From contig MTMF02000009.1 in NCBI GenBank assembly GCA_002011125.2, positions 64,001 to 128,000 on the forward strand: DNA of 64,000 bases. Reading direction: 5' to 3'. Of this stretch, positions 1 to 9,779 are shown piece after piece. The notes under the pieces were generated by a model. It saw only the letters and a program-made list of their open reading frames with translations, made no database searches and had not been told where the DNA came from. The position numbers and the translations under genes are program-made. Each line of letters opens with the position of its first letter. The first letter of the stretch is position 1. This stretch comes from Candidatus Hydrothermarchaeum profundi. GTDB lineage: Archaea > Hydrothermarchaeota > Hydrothermarchaeia > Hydrothermarchaeales > Hydrothermarchaeaceae.

Positions 1-162
1 GCCATCGCTTATTACCTAACTCCTGCGCTTTTAGAATAAATATCCTTTGCTATATCCCGAGGACAAATGTAAGGGTTCCCATCCCCATCCAACAGCCCTG
101 TACAGTTTTCCAATCCTTTGAGTCATCCAAACCTTCCTTTAGAACCGTTAAAGTTCGACAGG

Positions 163-170
163 TTTATAAA
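163..170 (+). promoter_or_regulatory. Archaeal TATA box (TTTATAAA) upstream of the EF-1alpha-like gene
   Basis: TTTATAAA ends 32 nt before ATG 203. Confidence 0.5.
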
Positions 171-202
171 TATTCAGACAGATATGTTGGACGGTAATTG
201 AA

Positions 203-871
203 ATGAAGTTGCCTGATGAACCTCTGAAAAAGCAAGAACCACAGAGCCAATCAGTTGCTTCTCAACTTCCACTAAGGCTAGTAGTACAGTATGTTATCAA
301 CGCCGAGGAGGACGGAACCTTTGTAACCGGAAGAGTGGAAACAGGAACTGTGAAGGTCGGCGACAAAGTGTCTTTCGAACCAGCGGGGGTTAGTGGTGTA
401 GTCACATCCATCTCCATGTATCCTGAAGACATAGAGAAGGCTGGACCCGGCGATGACATCGGCTTCATTGTAAAAGGCGTGAAGAAGGATGACATAGGGA
501 CAGGCGATATCTGCGGTCCTATAAGCAATCCCCCAACTATTGCAAAAGAATTCACAGCCTCGCTACAGGTTATTGACATCCCAGACTTAATCGAAGTTGG
601 GTACACCGCACTGCTGGATATTCACCAAGTACAGGTGACATGCAAGTTCGTGGAGCTTATATCTAAGCTTGATCCAGACACATTCGATGTCATTGAGAAA
701 AACCCTGCCTCCCTCAAGCCACCCGATGTCGGCGTAGTGAGGATCGAGACCACACAGCCCCTGGTGGTCGAGAAATTCAAAGAAGTGCCATACCTCGGTA
801 GATTCACTATAAGGGATATGGAAGCCCCTAACGAATTGGCAGTCACCGCGTTGTCGCCATTGGCTTTATAG
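203..871 (+). CDS. Stand-alone EF-1alpha domain II+III protein (no GTPase domain)
   Basis: LPLRL..GRVETGTVKVGD..AGPGDDIGF..PPT.AKEFTA..GY..LD.H..C.F.EL..KLDP..LGRFTIRDM matches aEF1A beta-barrels II/III; no P-loop; own TATA box. Confidence 0.85.
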   Translation: MKLPDEPLKKQEPQSQSVASQLPLRLVVQYVINAEEDGTFVTGRVETGTVKVGDKVSFEPAGVSGVVTSISMYPEDIEKAGPGDDIGFIVKGVKKDDIGTGDICGPISNPPTIAKEFTASLQVIDIPDLIEVGYTALLDIHQVQVTCKFVELISKLDPDTFDVIEKNPASLKPPDVGVVRIETTQPLVVEKFKEVPYLGRFTIRDMEAPNELAVTALSPLAL

Positions 872-958
872 AAAATTGCTCCCTCTAAAACATTAGTCTA
901 TGGCAGCCTTCGAAATAAAAACTTATACTGGGAACACTCAACTATAAAAGGCGAGATT

Positions 959-1846
959 ATGAAAGAGCAAATTCCCCCAGATAAGCCCGGACATGTCCCG
1001 GAGCAAAAGGTCATAGACCCCCTAACAGGTAAGGACATGACAGGAAAATATGTGTTGGACAAAAGAGAGGGATTCGAGACATGTCTGAGGGAAGTATTCC
1101 TAGAGATCGCCAGAAGAGCCTTCAATAGAGAAGAGAACATCGCCCGGGCGATGATAGAGAAGGCCCTCAAATGCCATAGGGAATACTTCCAGGCAATGAA
1201 AGGAGCCACAAACCTTCACCCAGAGAACATCAAAGATGCCGTCAAAGATGAGGAGAAACGGCAGAAGAGATTCTACGATGCCCTAGATAGACTCGCAGAA
1301 GAGTTCAAAAACTTAGGTGCCCGGTTCGAAGTAATGCCCCCTGACAAAGTGTATAAAGACTCTGGATGGAACACAGGACTTGTTCACGGCTGCAACATCA
1401 AGACTAATGGCACATACCTCTGCGCCTTCCCCCTGGTACCCGCAGTGACCTTCTGTTACCTAGCCCCAGTCCAAGAACCTGTTGCAGCCCAAGTGATCTT
1501 CGCAGACAATGACTGCGTTATACTGGCTCCCCACAGCCAAGACTTTGGAGATGCCTTCACCAAGGCTGCAGAGCGCATCTTCGGCATACCAGAAGATAAG
1601 AGGGATGACTTCCCCAAAGCCCAGAGGGCCTTTATCGGCAACAGCTTTCTCTCCTTGGTTTTAGAGGAATCCCTTTCATCCATCGAGCTGGAAGAATTGA
1701 GAAAGAAATACCGTGTTGTCGCCATCGAAAAAGGAGGCACAGAATTCACGGGGTACATATACACAGGAAAAGAGGATGAACTCCCAGCCCTCCTCAAAAA
1801 GGTATTTTTCCAGTGGCATTTCAACTTGAAGGTATTCGGAAGGTGA
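959..1846 (+). CDS. Hypothetical protein (295 aa)
   Basis: Long ORF with protein-like composition; no family recognised. Confidence 0.7.
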   Translation: MKEQIPPDKPGHVPEQKVIDPLTGKDMTGKYVLDKREGFETCLREVFLEIARRAFNREENIARAMIEKALKCHREYFQAMKGATNLHPENIKDAVKDEEKRQKRFYDALDRLAEEFKNLGARFEVMPPDKVYKDSGWNTGLVHGCNIKTNGTYLCAFPLVPAVTFCYLAPVQEPVAAQVIFADNDCVILAPHSQDFGDAFTKAAERIFGIPEDKRDDFPKAQRAFIGNSFLSLVLEESLSSIELEELRKKYRVVAIEKGGTEFTGYIYTGKEDELPALLKKVFFQWHFNLKVFGR

Positions 1847-1850
1847 TAGA

Positions 1851-2267
1851 ACGGTAGAAGAAAAAAATGTGACATCCCTCCTCCGTGCCCTAGAGGAGGA
1901 GGACACCTTTGTGCGGCAGGAGGCCGCCTAGGCACTTGGAAGGCTGGGAGACGCCCGGGCAGTAGAACCCCTTATTAGGGCCCTAAAGGACAAGAACAGG
2001 GCGGTGAGAGCAGAGGCGGTCCAAGCCCTAGGAATGATAGGGGACGAATCTGCCTTAGAGGCAATAAAAGAGATGCTCAAGGACCCCGAGTCCATGGTCA
2101 GGGAGTACGCCCTCACAGCCCTGCGGCTTCTCGGGACCCGGGAAGCCATCAAGGCCCTGAAGAGCCACAAAGACCTCAGCAGGTGCGTCCGGGAGGAGCA
2201 AAGCTTGATATCTTGGAGAAGGAGAGGAAGGGCGGGTAGACAATTAGGGGGTATCGCCTCCGCTTAG
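1851..2267 (+). pseudogene. PBS-lyase-type HEAT-repeat pseudogene
   Basis: Frame reads [51 protein letters not shown]; in-frame TAG at 1929-1931 where HEAT repeats often have W; ACG (not ATG) at 1851 after SD-like GGAAGGTGA. Confidence 0.75.
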
Positions 2268-2367
2268 ACTAAGGATACGATAAAGAAGAGGGTCTTTGAG
2301 GGTATTATTTACCATTTGGGTCTGATAATCGCAAGAATTATATTTTCTTATCCTGTAGGTTTTTCAC

Positions 2368-2636
2368 ATGAAGTCATTGAGGGAAAACCTAAGGGACTGA
2401 ACTGACTGGGATATAGCCGAATATTACCTGGCCGTGGCTCTGGGGCTCATGCCCACTGAGGATGAAGATGATGAGATATTTAGATTAAAAGCAAAACACG
2501 TCTTCTGGACCAGCAATCCTCTGGGGACATTCCTTGGAGGTGTTTTCATGGATATGGTAGAACTGGGAGTCCTTGAATACGGCAAGGATGAGGAGCGCTC
2601 CGCTGGAACCCCGGCTATCAGGGGAGCTGGGAATAG
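2368..2636 (+). pseudogene. Small hypothetical gene, disrupted (internal stop plus frameshift)
   Basis: MKSLRENLRD*TDWDIAEYYLAVALG..KHVFWTSNPLG; TGA at 2398-2400; a plausible C-terminus (LRWNPGYQGSWE*) lies in another frame. Confidence 0.55.
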
Positions 2637-2878
2637 ATTTCCAGTTTTTATCTACTGCCCAAGAGTTGTAACAATGGGGGGGAAGTATCGCCTGATAAAA
2701 GCCTGTCAAAGCACTTTGCAAAAGATGGAGTTGGTCACCACTGAAACCGAGCCTACAGCATGGCCGAAGCCGGAGTATATAAATCGTGTGAACTATTGAA
2801 CTTAGGAAAATATGGAACTCCTTGAAATTTAATATGATTTATGCTGGGGAAGGGATACCCGCACGGATTTACCAGTAC

Positions 2879-3091
2879 TCATGGGGTGATGGTTACACCT
2901 TTCTTTTTTAATCTCTCAATTATCTCTTCGTATGTTTCTTTGTCTCTGAGTTCACGTAGCTGCTTTACGGTATCTCCTTTTTTGGGCATTATTAAAGCTA
3001 GGAAGCGGGCGTACTCTACGGGGTTAAGCTCCTTTTTTGCTATATCCACCACTTTCTCAAGGACTTTTATGTCTTCAGCCTTAGCAGCCAT
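2879..3091 (-). CDS. Putative antitoxin of PIN toxin
   Basis: 70 aa, coupled to the PIN gene; LNPVEYARFL motif. Confidence 0.65.
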   Translation of the reverse strand: MAAKAEDIKVLEKVVDIAKKELNPVEYARFLALIMPKKGDTVKQLRELRDKETYEEIIERLKKKGVTITP

Positions 3092-3552
3092 TATAACTCC
3101 TCTTCAACAAACTCTATGGGATTAACGACTTTAATACTGTATCGCTTCTCGATTTCCACTTTCTTATTTAATATTCTGTCATCGCAGGTTATAAAATAAT
3201 CTGAATTATTAATGGCAAAAGCAAGATGTATCGCATCCTTATCCTTCAGACCCATGGCTTTAATCTCTCTCTGTAACGACCTTGAAAACCACTTGATTCT
3301 CTCCGAGACAAACAGATCTACGATAGCCTTAACCGATCTTCTTTTCCATTTCTCTTCGATTTGTTCTATCTCGTCATCCAATATCAGCGATCCCACGATT
3401 AAGCATTTATGTCGTTGATACACTGCCTCCAGAATCTTGAAAAAAGCCTCGGCTTCTCTTCGAATTCTAATCTGCGTCTGGTCATCAAAGAGGCGACTCC
3501 ACACATTCGCATCCAGATAAATTCTGAGCACGTCGTGAGGTAAGAGTTGCAA
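3091..3552 (-). CDS. vapC: PIN-domain (VapC-like) ribonuclease toxin
   Basis: IYLDANV..E..DAIHLAFA..FITCD..NPIEF PIN acidic motifs. Confidence 0.9.
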   Translation of the reverse strand: MQLLPHDVLRIYLDANVWSRLFDDQTQIRIRREAEAFFKILEAVYQRHKCLIVGSLILDDEIEQIEEKWKRRSVKAIVDLFVSERIKWFSRSLQREIKAMGLKDKDAIHLAFAINNSDYFITCDDRILNKKVEIEKRYSIKVVNPIEFVEEEL

Positions 3553-3648
3553 CCATATAACTGTTTCTATTTTAAATAGATTAAATTACGTGTAAAATGG
3601 TTAATTACTTCTGATTTAACCCTATTTTATTAAAAAGGGCATAAATGA

Positions 3649-3734
3649 TGCGGGGGAAGGGATTTGAACCCTCGCAAGCACTAAGCTAACGGATCTTAAG
3701 TCCGTCCCCTTTGGCCATACTCGGGCACCCCCGC
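3649..3734 (-). tRNA. tRNA-Leu (anticodon TAA)
   Basis: GCGGGGG acceptor stem, anticodon arm ACGGA-CTTAAGA-TCCGT, long variable arm, GGTTCAAATCC T-loop. Confidence 0.95.
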
Positions 3735-3735
3735 T

Positions 3736-3849
3736 TTATCTAGCTCTTATTTTAGCTTTCCTTCTTCTTTCCCTTAATTTCTTTTTCCTTGTTTTCCATC
3801 TGCATTTTCCACGTTTTTTCCATTTCCTAGATGAATGTTTTCCTGCCAC
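3736..3849 (-). CDS. rpl41e: Ribosomal protein eL41/eS32 (L41e), 37 aa; not in ORF track
   Basis: GTG start after GGAGG; MAGKHSSRKWKKRGKCRWKTRKKKLRERRRKAKIRAR. Confidence 0.8.
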   Translation of the reverse strand: MAGKHSSRKWKKRGKCRWKTRKKKLRERRRKAKIRAR

Positions 3850-3908
3850 TAAATTCCTCCTGAATTTCTTTTTCTTTGTCTCCTTCAATATAAGGATGTC
3901 GGATTAGA

Positions 3909-3983
3909 CGGGCCCGGCGGGATTTGAACCCGCGGTCTGCAGCTTAGAAGGCTGCCGCCTTATCCTAGCTAGGCTACGAGCCC
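3909..3983 (-). tRNA. tRNA-Arg (anticodon TCT)
   Basis: GGGCTCG/CGGGCCC acceptor stem, GCAGC-CTTCTAA-GCTGC anticodon arm, GGTTCAAATCC T-loop. Confidence 0.95.
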
Positions 3984-4631
3984 AATTATATCCTCGCATG
4001 TGGGGAGGCTCTTATATTTTACGCCCAGCTGTCTGGGCAGGTCTAAAACTTCTTTGCACTTCTGAATGATAATATTATCGCTAGTACAGACAACGCCTTC
4101 ACTATTAATTATTTCGAAATCCGCCTTATCTGAGGTTCTTGCAGTTCCTTTTAAACCTGCTTCAGACATCTTCCGTCTGACTAGACTGCACAGTTCTCCG
4201 CTAAAACTAACCTGTGAATCAAAAATGAAATGCGCCTCCTTGGGTGATGCATCAGACAAGGCTTTCACTATCATTTCTATTGCTTGCTCTGTCGTTCTAG
4301 AAAACCGGTATTTCCCGAAAGTAGCTGCCACATCTCTAATAAAACCGTCATCAGAAAGAAAAAGCAATTTCCCTTTTAAAGCACTCTCAACCGTTATTAG
4401 TACATTGTAGCCATCGATTATAGCGGTGCGGCCTTTTAACGCTTTTATGCCAACCCTTCGGCTCTTATGCTCCTCTGCCTCCCTTTTTGAGAAGACTGCC
4501 CTCACTAGTATATTCCTCTGAGATAGCGTTAACCCATATCTATTAGCAACAAGCCTAACAGCAGTAGTCCTTTTATATCCCCTGTTCAGTAGGAACCTCA
4601 AGTCACAAATCGGGTCTTTGAGTTCCAACAT
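3969..4631 (-). CDS. DUF434 / PIN-like protein
   Basis: DLRFLLNRGY..RY.L..R..IDGYNVLIT.E..DG.IRD; stop codon lies inside tRNA-Arg. Confidence 0.8.
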   Translation of the reverse strand: MLELKDPICDLRFLLNRGYKRTTAVRLVANRYGLTLSQRNILVRAVFSKREAEEHKSRRVGIKALKGRTAIIDGYNVLITVESALKGKLLFLSDDGFIRDVAATFGKYRFSRTTEQAIEMIVKALSDASPKEAHFIFDSQVSFSGELCSLVRRKMSEAGLKGTARTSDKADFEIINSEGVVCTSDNIIIQKCKEVLDLPRQLGVKYKSLPTCEDIIGLVA

Positions 4632-7468
4632 TATTCCACGTAGATAGCTGGCTTCATAGGAGAAGCCTGCTTCCTCTTCCCCATAGGATCGTACACCTCT
4701 TCATCCGCAGAATAAACCTCAACCGGACATCCAAACTCCTTCTCAAAGAACTGTCTAGCATCTCTGAGCGCAGCCAACTCATCTATCTCCTCTACCCTTA
4801 CCTTGCTTATATCCTTTATAAGAGAGCTAACATAAGCTGAAACTTCCTTTCCAATAGCCCTTAACTCACCGTCTTCCATCGCCTTTGACATTATCTCCTT
4901 CATGTTCGGCTTGCCTACCTCTTTTATCACTTTATTTACCTTCAGCTTCCATTTAGGGGAAGTATAGATGTAGATTTTCTTAGGCTTGATGTCAGTTACC
5001 TTCAGGATGTTATCAACGTCATCGAGCGTCTTACCAATTAGTTCCTCCGCTAGTTCTGCCTCCTCACTTATCAACCCTTCATCATACTTCGGCCACTCGG
5101 CAAGAGAAACATATCCCTCTTTTCCAAGCTTCTCCCAGACCTCTTCACATATCATAGGGGTAACAGGCGATATAAGCCTCACCCATATATCTACGACCTC
5201 AGCGAAGACTTTTTTATTAGGCTTATCTCTCCGGAGATACCATCTAACATCATTAAAGAAGTCAAAAAATGCTGCCTGAAAAGCGCTTCTAAATCTAAGA
5301 GACTCATACTCCACAGTCGCTTTTCTAACATGCTTCTGAACCCTACTGCGGAGCCATACATCGATCCTTCGCTCCTCCATCTCCTCCATTCCATGAAGCT
5401 GGCTCACCACATCATAGAATGCCTTTAACCTACCTTGGATATCTAAGGCAGACTTGCTTCTCCAATCAGGATCTCTAAGACCCTCCGCAGAATATAGAAG
5501 AGTAGCTCTCGTAGCATCCGCCCCAAACTCTACCAAGGCTTTTTTCAATGTAATAAAGTTCCCGAGAGACTTGCTCATCTTCTCCCCCTCCACGTTAATC
5601 ATGCCATTCACTCCAATCCTTCTCGGCCATTTATCTCTCGGGAATAACGCCACATGATGGAAAATATAGAAGGTCAAATGATTAGGTATCAATTCCTTAG
5701 CAGAATTCCTGAGGTCAACCGGCATCCAATACTCAAACTCTGAACGCATCTCATCTAAGATGTCTTCTTTTATCCCGCTTTTCTCTGCCAGAGCCTTTAC
5801 GTCTCCCTCCCCAAGGAAGATATAATCAAAAACCTCTGGTCTAAGGCTTTCCGCTGGGATATCATACTGCCTAATATGTTTCTGTATAGTGTAAAACGCC
5901 ATATAAACCGTTGAGTCGCTGAGCGTTTCAACTATCCATTCAGGATCCCAAGGTAGCTTAGTACCAAGGCCGCTTTTCCTAGCACAGGCTTTATCTTCGA
6001 GCCAGCCTATAGTATACTCGAAGTTAGCCCTCGCCTCTTCAGGCAATATTTCCATGTCCGCAAGAGCTTCCAGCACTTTTTTCTTCCACTCTTCATCCGA
6101 ATATTTTAAAAACCACTGGTTTTTAAGGATTTTAACTAAACACTTTGTACCACACCTGCAGATGACTTCATCAGCCAACTCAAACATCTTATCGGCGATA
6201 CCATCTTTTTCAAAGTCCGCAACAAGACTTTTCTTTACCTCGCTTACCTTCATCCCCTTATATTTGCCTGTATTTTCTTTCAGCACCCCCTTGTAAAATT
6301 CCTCCTTATAAATGACCTCTGTAGCCTCATCCAACCTTGGGTCATTTTGGTCCTTAATACCCATCTTCTCGCTTATTTCTATGGCAGGATGCTCACCGAA
6401 TTTTTTAATTTTAATAAGAGATATGGGCTTGATGCTCTTGACTTCCTCAGGCGAAATACCATACTTTTCAACCAAGCCAGGATTAACCTGCAGGTCTCGC
6501 AATGCCACCCAATCGTAAGGAGCGTGAGATGGAACGCTCATAACAATTCCTGTAGCATTATCCGGGTCTACAAAAGTTGCAGGGAGATTAAGAACCTTAT
6601 CTTTTGTTACAGGATTTACACAGTATTTCCCTATTAGCTGTGAGCCCTTTATTCCCTCTTCAATGATTCTAACCTTTTTTTGCTCTTTTAATTTTACAGC
6701 TGCCTCCCTGCTTACAATCCATTCCTCTCCTCCAACTCTAATCCTCACGTGCTCTGCCTCAGGATTTATCCACATATTGGTAACGCCAAACACCGTTTCA
6801 GGCCTCAGTGTAGCTGCCGGCAGATAAGCCCCATTAAAAGGGAACTTTAGTACTGTAAACTCCACAGGAGAAACTCCCTCTCCACGAAGACGATCATGAT
6901 CCCCTGTCGGAGACTCGTCATGCGGACACCAAACAACCGGGTGGGTACCCTTTATAACATATCCTTTTTTCCTGAGACTTAGATACTGCCATTCAATGAA
7001 TTTATCAAAATGCGGATTTAGAGAAGTCGTATGAAACTCCCTTCTCCAATCTACAGAGTGCCCTATTCTTTTTACCGCCTCTTTCGACTCCTTAATATAA
7101 TATTTAGCAATATATGCCGGATCACCGAACTTCTTTAGATCCTCTTCAGGCACTCCGTCTATCTCCCTGAAGATACGGATCTGATCTTCATCTCCTCTTT
7201 TTACTCTCTCGGCCGCACCGGTTATAGGTTCTCCTGTAAGATGCCATGCCCAAGGAAACAAAACATTATACCCCTGCATACGCTTAAATCTAGCGTAAAC
7301 ATCGCACCTTGCAGAGGTTAATGCGTGTCCTATGTGTAATGGACCATTCATATAAGGGAAGGGAAAAGTGACAAAGATCTTCTTCTTACCTTCAGTAGGA
7401 TCTGCCTCAAAGATTTTTGATTCTTCCCATCTCTTTACCCATTTCTCTTCGATTTCCTTAACATCCAT
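4631..7468 (-). CDS. leuS: Leucyl-tRNA synthetase (archaeal)
   Basis: FPYMNGPLHIGH (HIGH), KMSKS, TLRPET editing motif; start taken at ATG 7468. Confidence 0.97.
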   Translation of the reverse strand: MDVKEIEEKWVKRWEESKIFEADPTEGKKKIFVTFPFPYMNGPLHIGHALTSARCDVYARFKRMQGYNVLFPWAWHLTGEPITGAAERVKRGDEDQIRIFREIDGVPEEDLKKFGDPAYIAKYYIKESKEAVKRIGHSVDWRREFHTTSLNPHFDKFIEWQYLSLRKKGYVIKGTHPVVWCPHDESPTGDHDRLRGEGVSPVEFTVLKFPFNGAYLPAATLRPETVFGVTNMWINPEAEHVRIRVGGEEWIVSREAAVKLKEQKKVRIIEEGIKGSQLIGKYCVNPVTKDKVLNLPATFVDPDNATGIVMSVPSHAPYDWVALRDLQVNPGLVEKYGISPEEVKSIKPISLIKIKKFGEHPAIEISEKMGIKDQNDPRLDEATEVIYKEEFYKGVLKENTGKYKGMKVSEVKKSLVADFEKDGIADKMFELADEVICRCGTKCLVKILKNQWFLKYSDEEWKKKVLEALADMEILPEEARANFEYTIGWLEDKACARKSGLGTKLPWDPEWIVETLSDSTVYMAFYTIQKHIRQYDIPAESLRPEVFDYIFLGEGDVKALAEKSGIKEDILDEMRSEFEYWMPVDLRNSAKELIPNHLTFYIFHHVALFPRDKWPRRIGVNGMINVEGEKMSKSLGNFITLKKALVEFGADATRATLLYSAEGLRDPDWRSKSALDIQGRLKAFYDVVSQLHGMEEMEERRIDVWLRSRVQKHVRKATVEYESLRFRSAFQAAFFDFFNDVRWYLRRDKPNKKVFAEVVDIWVRLISPVTPMICEEVWEKLGKEGYVSLAEWPKYDEGLISEEAELAEELIGKTLDDVDNILKVTDIKPKKIYIYTSPKWKLKVNKVIKEVGKPNMKEIMSKAMEDGELRAIGKEVSAYVSSLIKDISKVRVEEIDELAALRDARQFFEKEFGCPVEVYSADEEVYDPMGKRKQASPMKPAIYVE

Positions 7469-7537
7469 GGAGTAAGATGATTTAATACAAAGCATTTAAA
7501 TTTTTGGAAGAAAAATAAATTAGACTATGTGAAGGGG

Positions 7538-7687
7538 CTAGTAGCGGCTTTTATCAAGCTCCTCTATTGCCTTATACACAGCTAGTTCGCAAAACTGTGC
7601 CCGAGATTTATACAAGCCTGTTTTAACTGCTCCATCGATTCTTTTTATTACTCCCTCTGCCAGGCGTAAATTAACACTCACACTCAT
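7538..7687 (-). CDS. Ribbon-helix-helix (CopG/Arc-like) regulator
   Basis: MSVSVNLRL..IKRID..V..G.YKSRA.F...A; SD GGAGG before ATG 7687. Confidence 0.75.
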   Translation of the reverse strand: MSVSVNLRLAEGVIKRIDGAVKTGLYKSRAQFCELAVYKAIEELDKSRY

Positions 7688-7738
7688 GTATTTACCTCCC
7701 TTTAGACGCTTTTTAATCACTAAATAGTAACAAAAAAC

Positions 7739-7744
7739 TAATAT
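7739..7744. repeat. Left 6-bp direct repeat TAATAT (target-site duplication / core)
   Basis: Abuts the left TIR; identical to 25359-25364. Confidence 0.75.
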
Positions 7745-7763
7745 CAAAGATTAGGCAGTTGTG
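7745..7763 (+). repeat. Left 19-bp terminal inverted repeat CAAAGATTAGGCAGTTGTG
   Basis: Exact reverse complement of 25340-25358. Confidence 0.9.
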
Positions 7764-7876
7764 TATTCTAATTGCACGACTAAGAAATCGAGTTACTTAG
7801 ATATAAAACCTTTATCTTGGCAAAAACTGTCTCACTTATTTTAATGTTAAATAAAAGATAAAAATTCCTGCTTTCA

Positions 7877-8980
7877 TTATGACAATTTATCAATCAATCT
7901 TCTTGCACGACGTATAAGGTATTCAGCATTTCTTTGAGATTCAGCACCTATATCCAACTTTTGATTAACAATCGATATTAACGCACTAGCTACACTGATT
8001 GCCTCCAGTTTTTGTTCTTGAGAAAAATTCACATTATCTCTAATCATGTCTTCATACCTACCAAGTTCCCCAACTAGAGCATTTTGAGCCGCTATTAACC
8101 TATCTGCGTCAGTTTCAAGAAACCAATGATAAATTAAATCACCCAACGACTCACTTATATTCTCACTTTCTGAAACAGGTATATGGTTAATTAGGAAACC
8201 GACGATAATGCCAATCCCTAATGCAGCTAAGGCTGCAATCCAATTGGCGTAAAGCATTGCAAATACTCCCCCCGCTTCAGTACCACCAGACAATAAAGTC
8301 CAACGTGCAAATATGGGCACAATCCTTTCCATCCATACAATACGAGCGTACCACAAAGACGGAACGCCGAATTTCCACCCATTTTTCAGCCACTCAAACA
8401 ATCTTGTCATAAGTTGCCAGAATCTTTCAAGTTGGCCTGCCTGTAAAGCTGCTTCAATTTCCAAGATCATCTGTTCAACAAATGCTGCATCTGCTGGGTC
8501 ATCCATTACCCTTTGAAGTTCCCTCAGGGCCTCTATTAATTCATTAATTTCTGCAGGACTTGGTTGCCAGCCCGTAGGACTTAGAAAAATTGGTGGAATA
8601 TAATAGAAAGATGATGGCGAGCTGTCAAATAGTAAATTCGAATGAAGGATTTTCCAAGGCATAGATTTTGATTCTTTACCAGGCTTAGGAATGGATTTTA
8701 AAAATTTTGTCATACAGTCGATCATAATTTTAGTTTGATTTTCCAAATTGTCTTCCTTCCAATCGATTTTTTGGGCACGCCGGTTAAATTTAGCTAATTC
8801 TTCAGAGATGTCTTCATTCCTTGATTCATCAGGTATTATCTTTCGAATAGACCTGGAAAGAAGATATCCTTGGCTTATCATACTCAAGACTTGAAATGAA
8901 GATCGTTGAATAATCTCTTCAGGTGTTGGGTTTCTTATTTCCTTCAACGGAAATTTTCTATTAGGTTTTTTTTCAACCAT
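7877..8980 (-). CDS. Hypothetical helical membrane protein (367 aa)
   Basis: Long ORF with SD GGGGGTAA; hydrophobic Gly/Ala segment WIAALAALGIGIIVGFLI. Confidence 0.7.
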   Translation of the reverse strand: MVEKKPNRKFPLKEIRNPTPEEIIQRSSFQVLSMISQGYLLSRSIRKIIPDESRNEDISEELAKFNRRAQKIDWKEDNLENQTKIMIDCMTKFLKSIPKPGKESKSMPWKILHSNLLFDSSPSSFYYIPPIFLSPTGWQPSPAEINELIEALRELQRVMDDPADAAFVEQMILEIEAALQAGQLERFWQLMTRLFEWLKNGWKFGVPSLWYARIVWMERIVPIFARWTLLSGGTEAGGVFAMLYANWIAALAALGIGIIVGFLINHIPVSESENISESLGDLIYHWFLETDADRLIAAQNALVGELGRYEDMIRDNVNFSQEQKLEAISVASALISIVNQKLDIGAESQRNAEYLIRRARRLIDKLS

Positions 8981-9066
8981 TTTTTACCCCCCCTTTCACC
9001 AAGTACCAATTAATTAGATTTCTACTTAAAACTTTCGTCTTTAGAATTTTTTCCAAAAAATAAAAG

Positions 9067-9462
9067 CTATATTAGTGTAGAGTCTTTAGATTTCTCAAGC
9101 ATGCATAACAGATGCCCAAAACACCCGAGGATAAAGTTGCTGGCCAAATGTGTTGCCCTTAAATGCCTAAAAAGAGTGGGGTAAATCCTCTTTCTTATAC
9201 CTGCTCTTTTCGCAAGGGTATGCGCTTTCATTACTTGCAGAAATGTTCTTGATTTGCAGAATAGCAAGACCAACGCTTTTTCCCTTTGTATCTCTGTAAT
9301 TCTTTTTTGAGTTTCCGCATCAATCTGTAATTGCTTTCCCAATTTCTTCGATAAGTTTCTAATTAAATCAAATTCGCTTGAAAGCTTCAATCCCTCATCA
9401 AAAGGAATTATCTCTATATTTTCGTTGATTATTAGCTCTTTATCCAGTTTACAGTATTTCAA
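9067..9462 (-). pseudogene. Tyrosine integrase/recombinase remnant
   Basis: LAKRAGIRKRIYPTLFRHLRATHLAS resembles the H-x-x-R box of archaeal MGE integrases (His replaced by T); rest of enzyme absent. Confidence 0.65.
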
Positions 9463-9502
9463 GATATAAAACAGTCATATTCCTTCATAGGGCCTTACAC
9501 TA

Positions 9503-9676
9503 TTAACCCTTCTTGCTCTTTTTATACTCGCTTACAAAAGCAGCTAACGCTTGGTAACCCACGTCGGACTCGGAGGAGAAGTCCCCGTTTTCTATCATCT
9601 TCCGGATCTCTCTGTACAAGTAGGGTGAGACATAAACTGTGATCCTCTCTTTTCGTTTCAGTTGTTCTTTAGGCAC
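9503..9676 (-). CDS. RHH-like regulator, 57 aa (paralog of 25391-25567); not in ORF track
   Basis: GTG after GGGGTGA; MPKEQLKRKERITVYVSPYLYREIRKMIENGDFSSESDVGYQALAAFVSEYKKSKKG. Confidence 0.8.
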   Translation of the reverse strand: MPKEQLKRKERITVYVSPYLYREIRKMIENGDFSSESDVGYQALAAFVSEYKKSKKG

Positions 9677-9779
9677 TTTATCACCCCTTATTTGTATTCT
9701 ATAGAGAAGATTATAAGGGTTTTGCTATGGCATTTTTGTCTTTTGAAGTAGTCAAAGAGGGAAGGCGCTCCTATTTCTT

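Noticed and set aside
1929-2400. In-frame TAG (1929) and TGA (2398) as pyrrolysine, selenocysteine or recoding
   Set aside because: Both fall at probable Trp positions (TGG to TAG/TGA) in genes that also carry a mutated start or a frameshift; core genes use TAG and TGA as normal stops
3878-3909. Small hairpin between tRNA-Arg and eL41 as sRNA or SECIS
   Set aside because: Short stem with no convincing box C/D or SECIS motif
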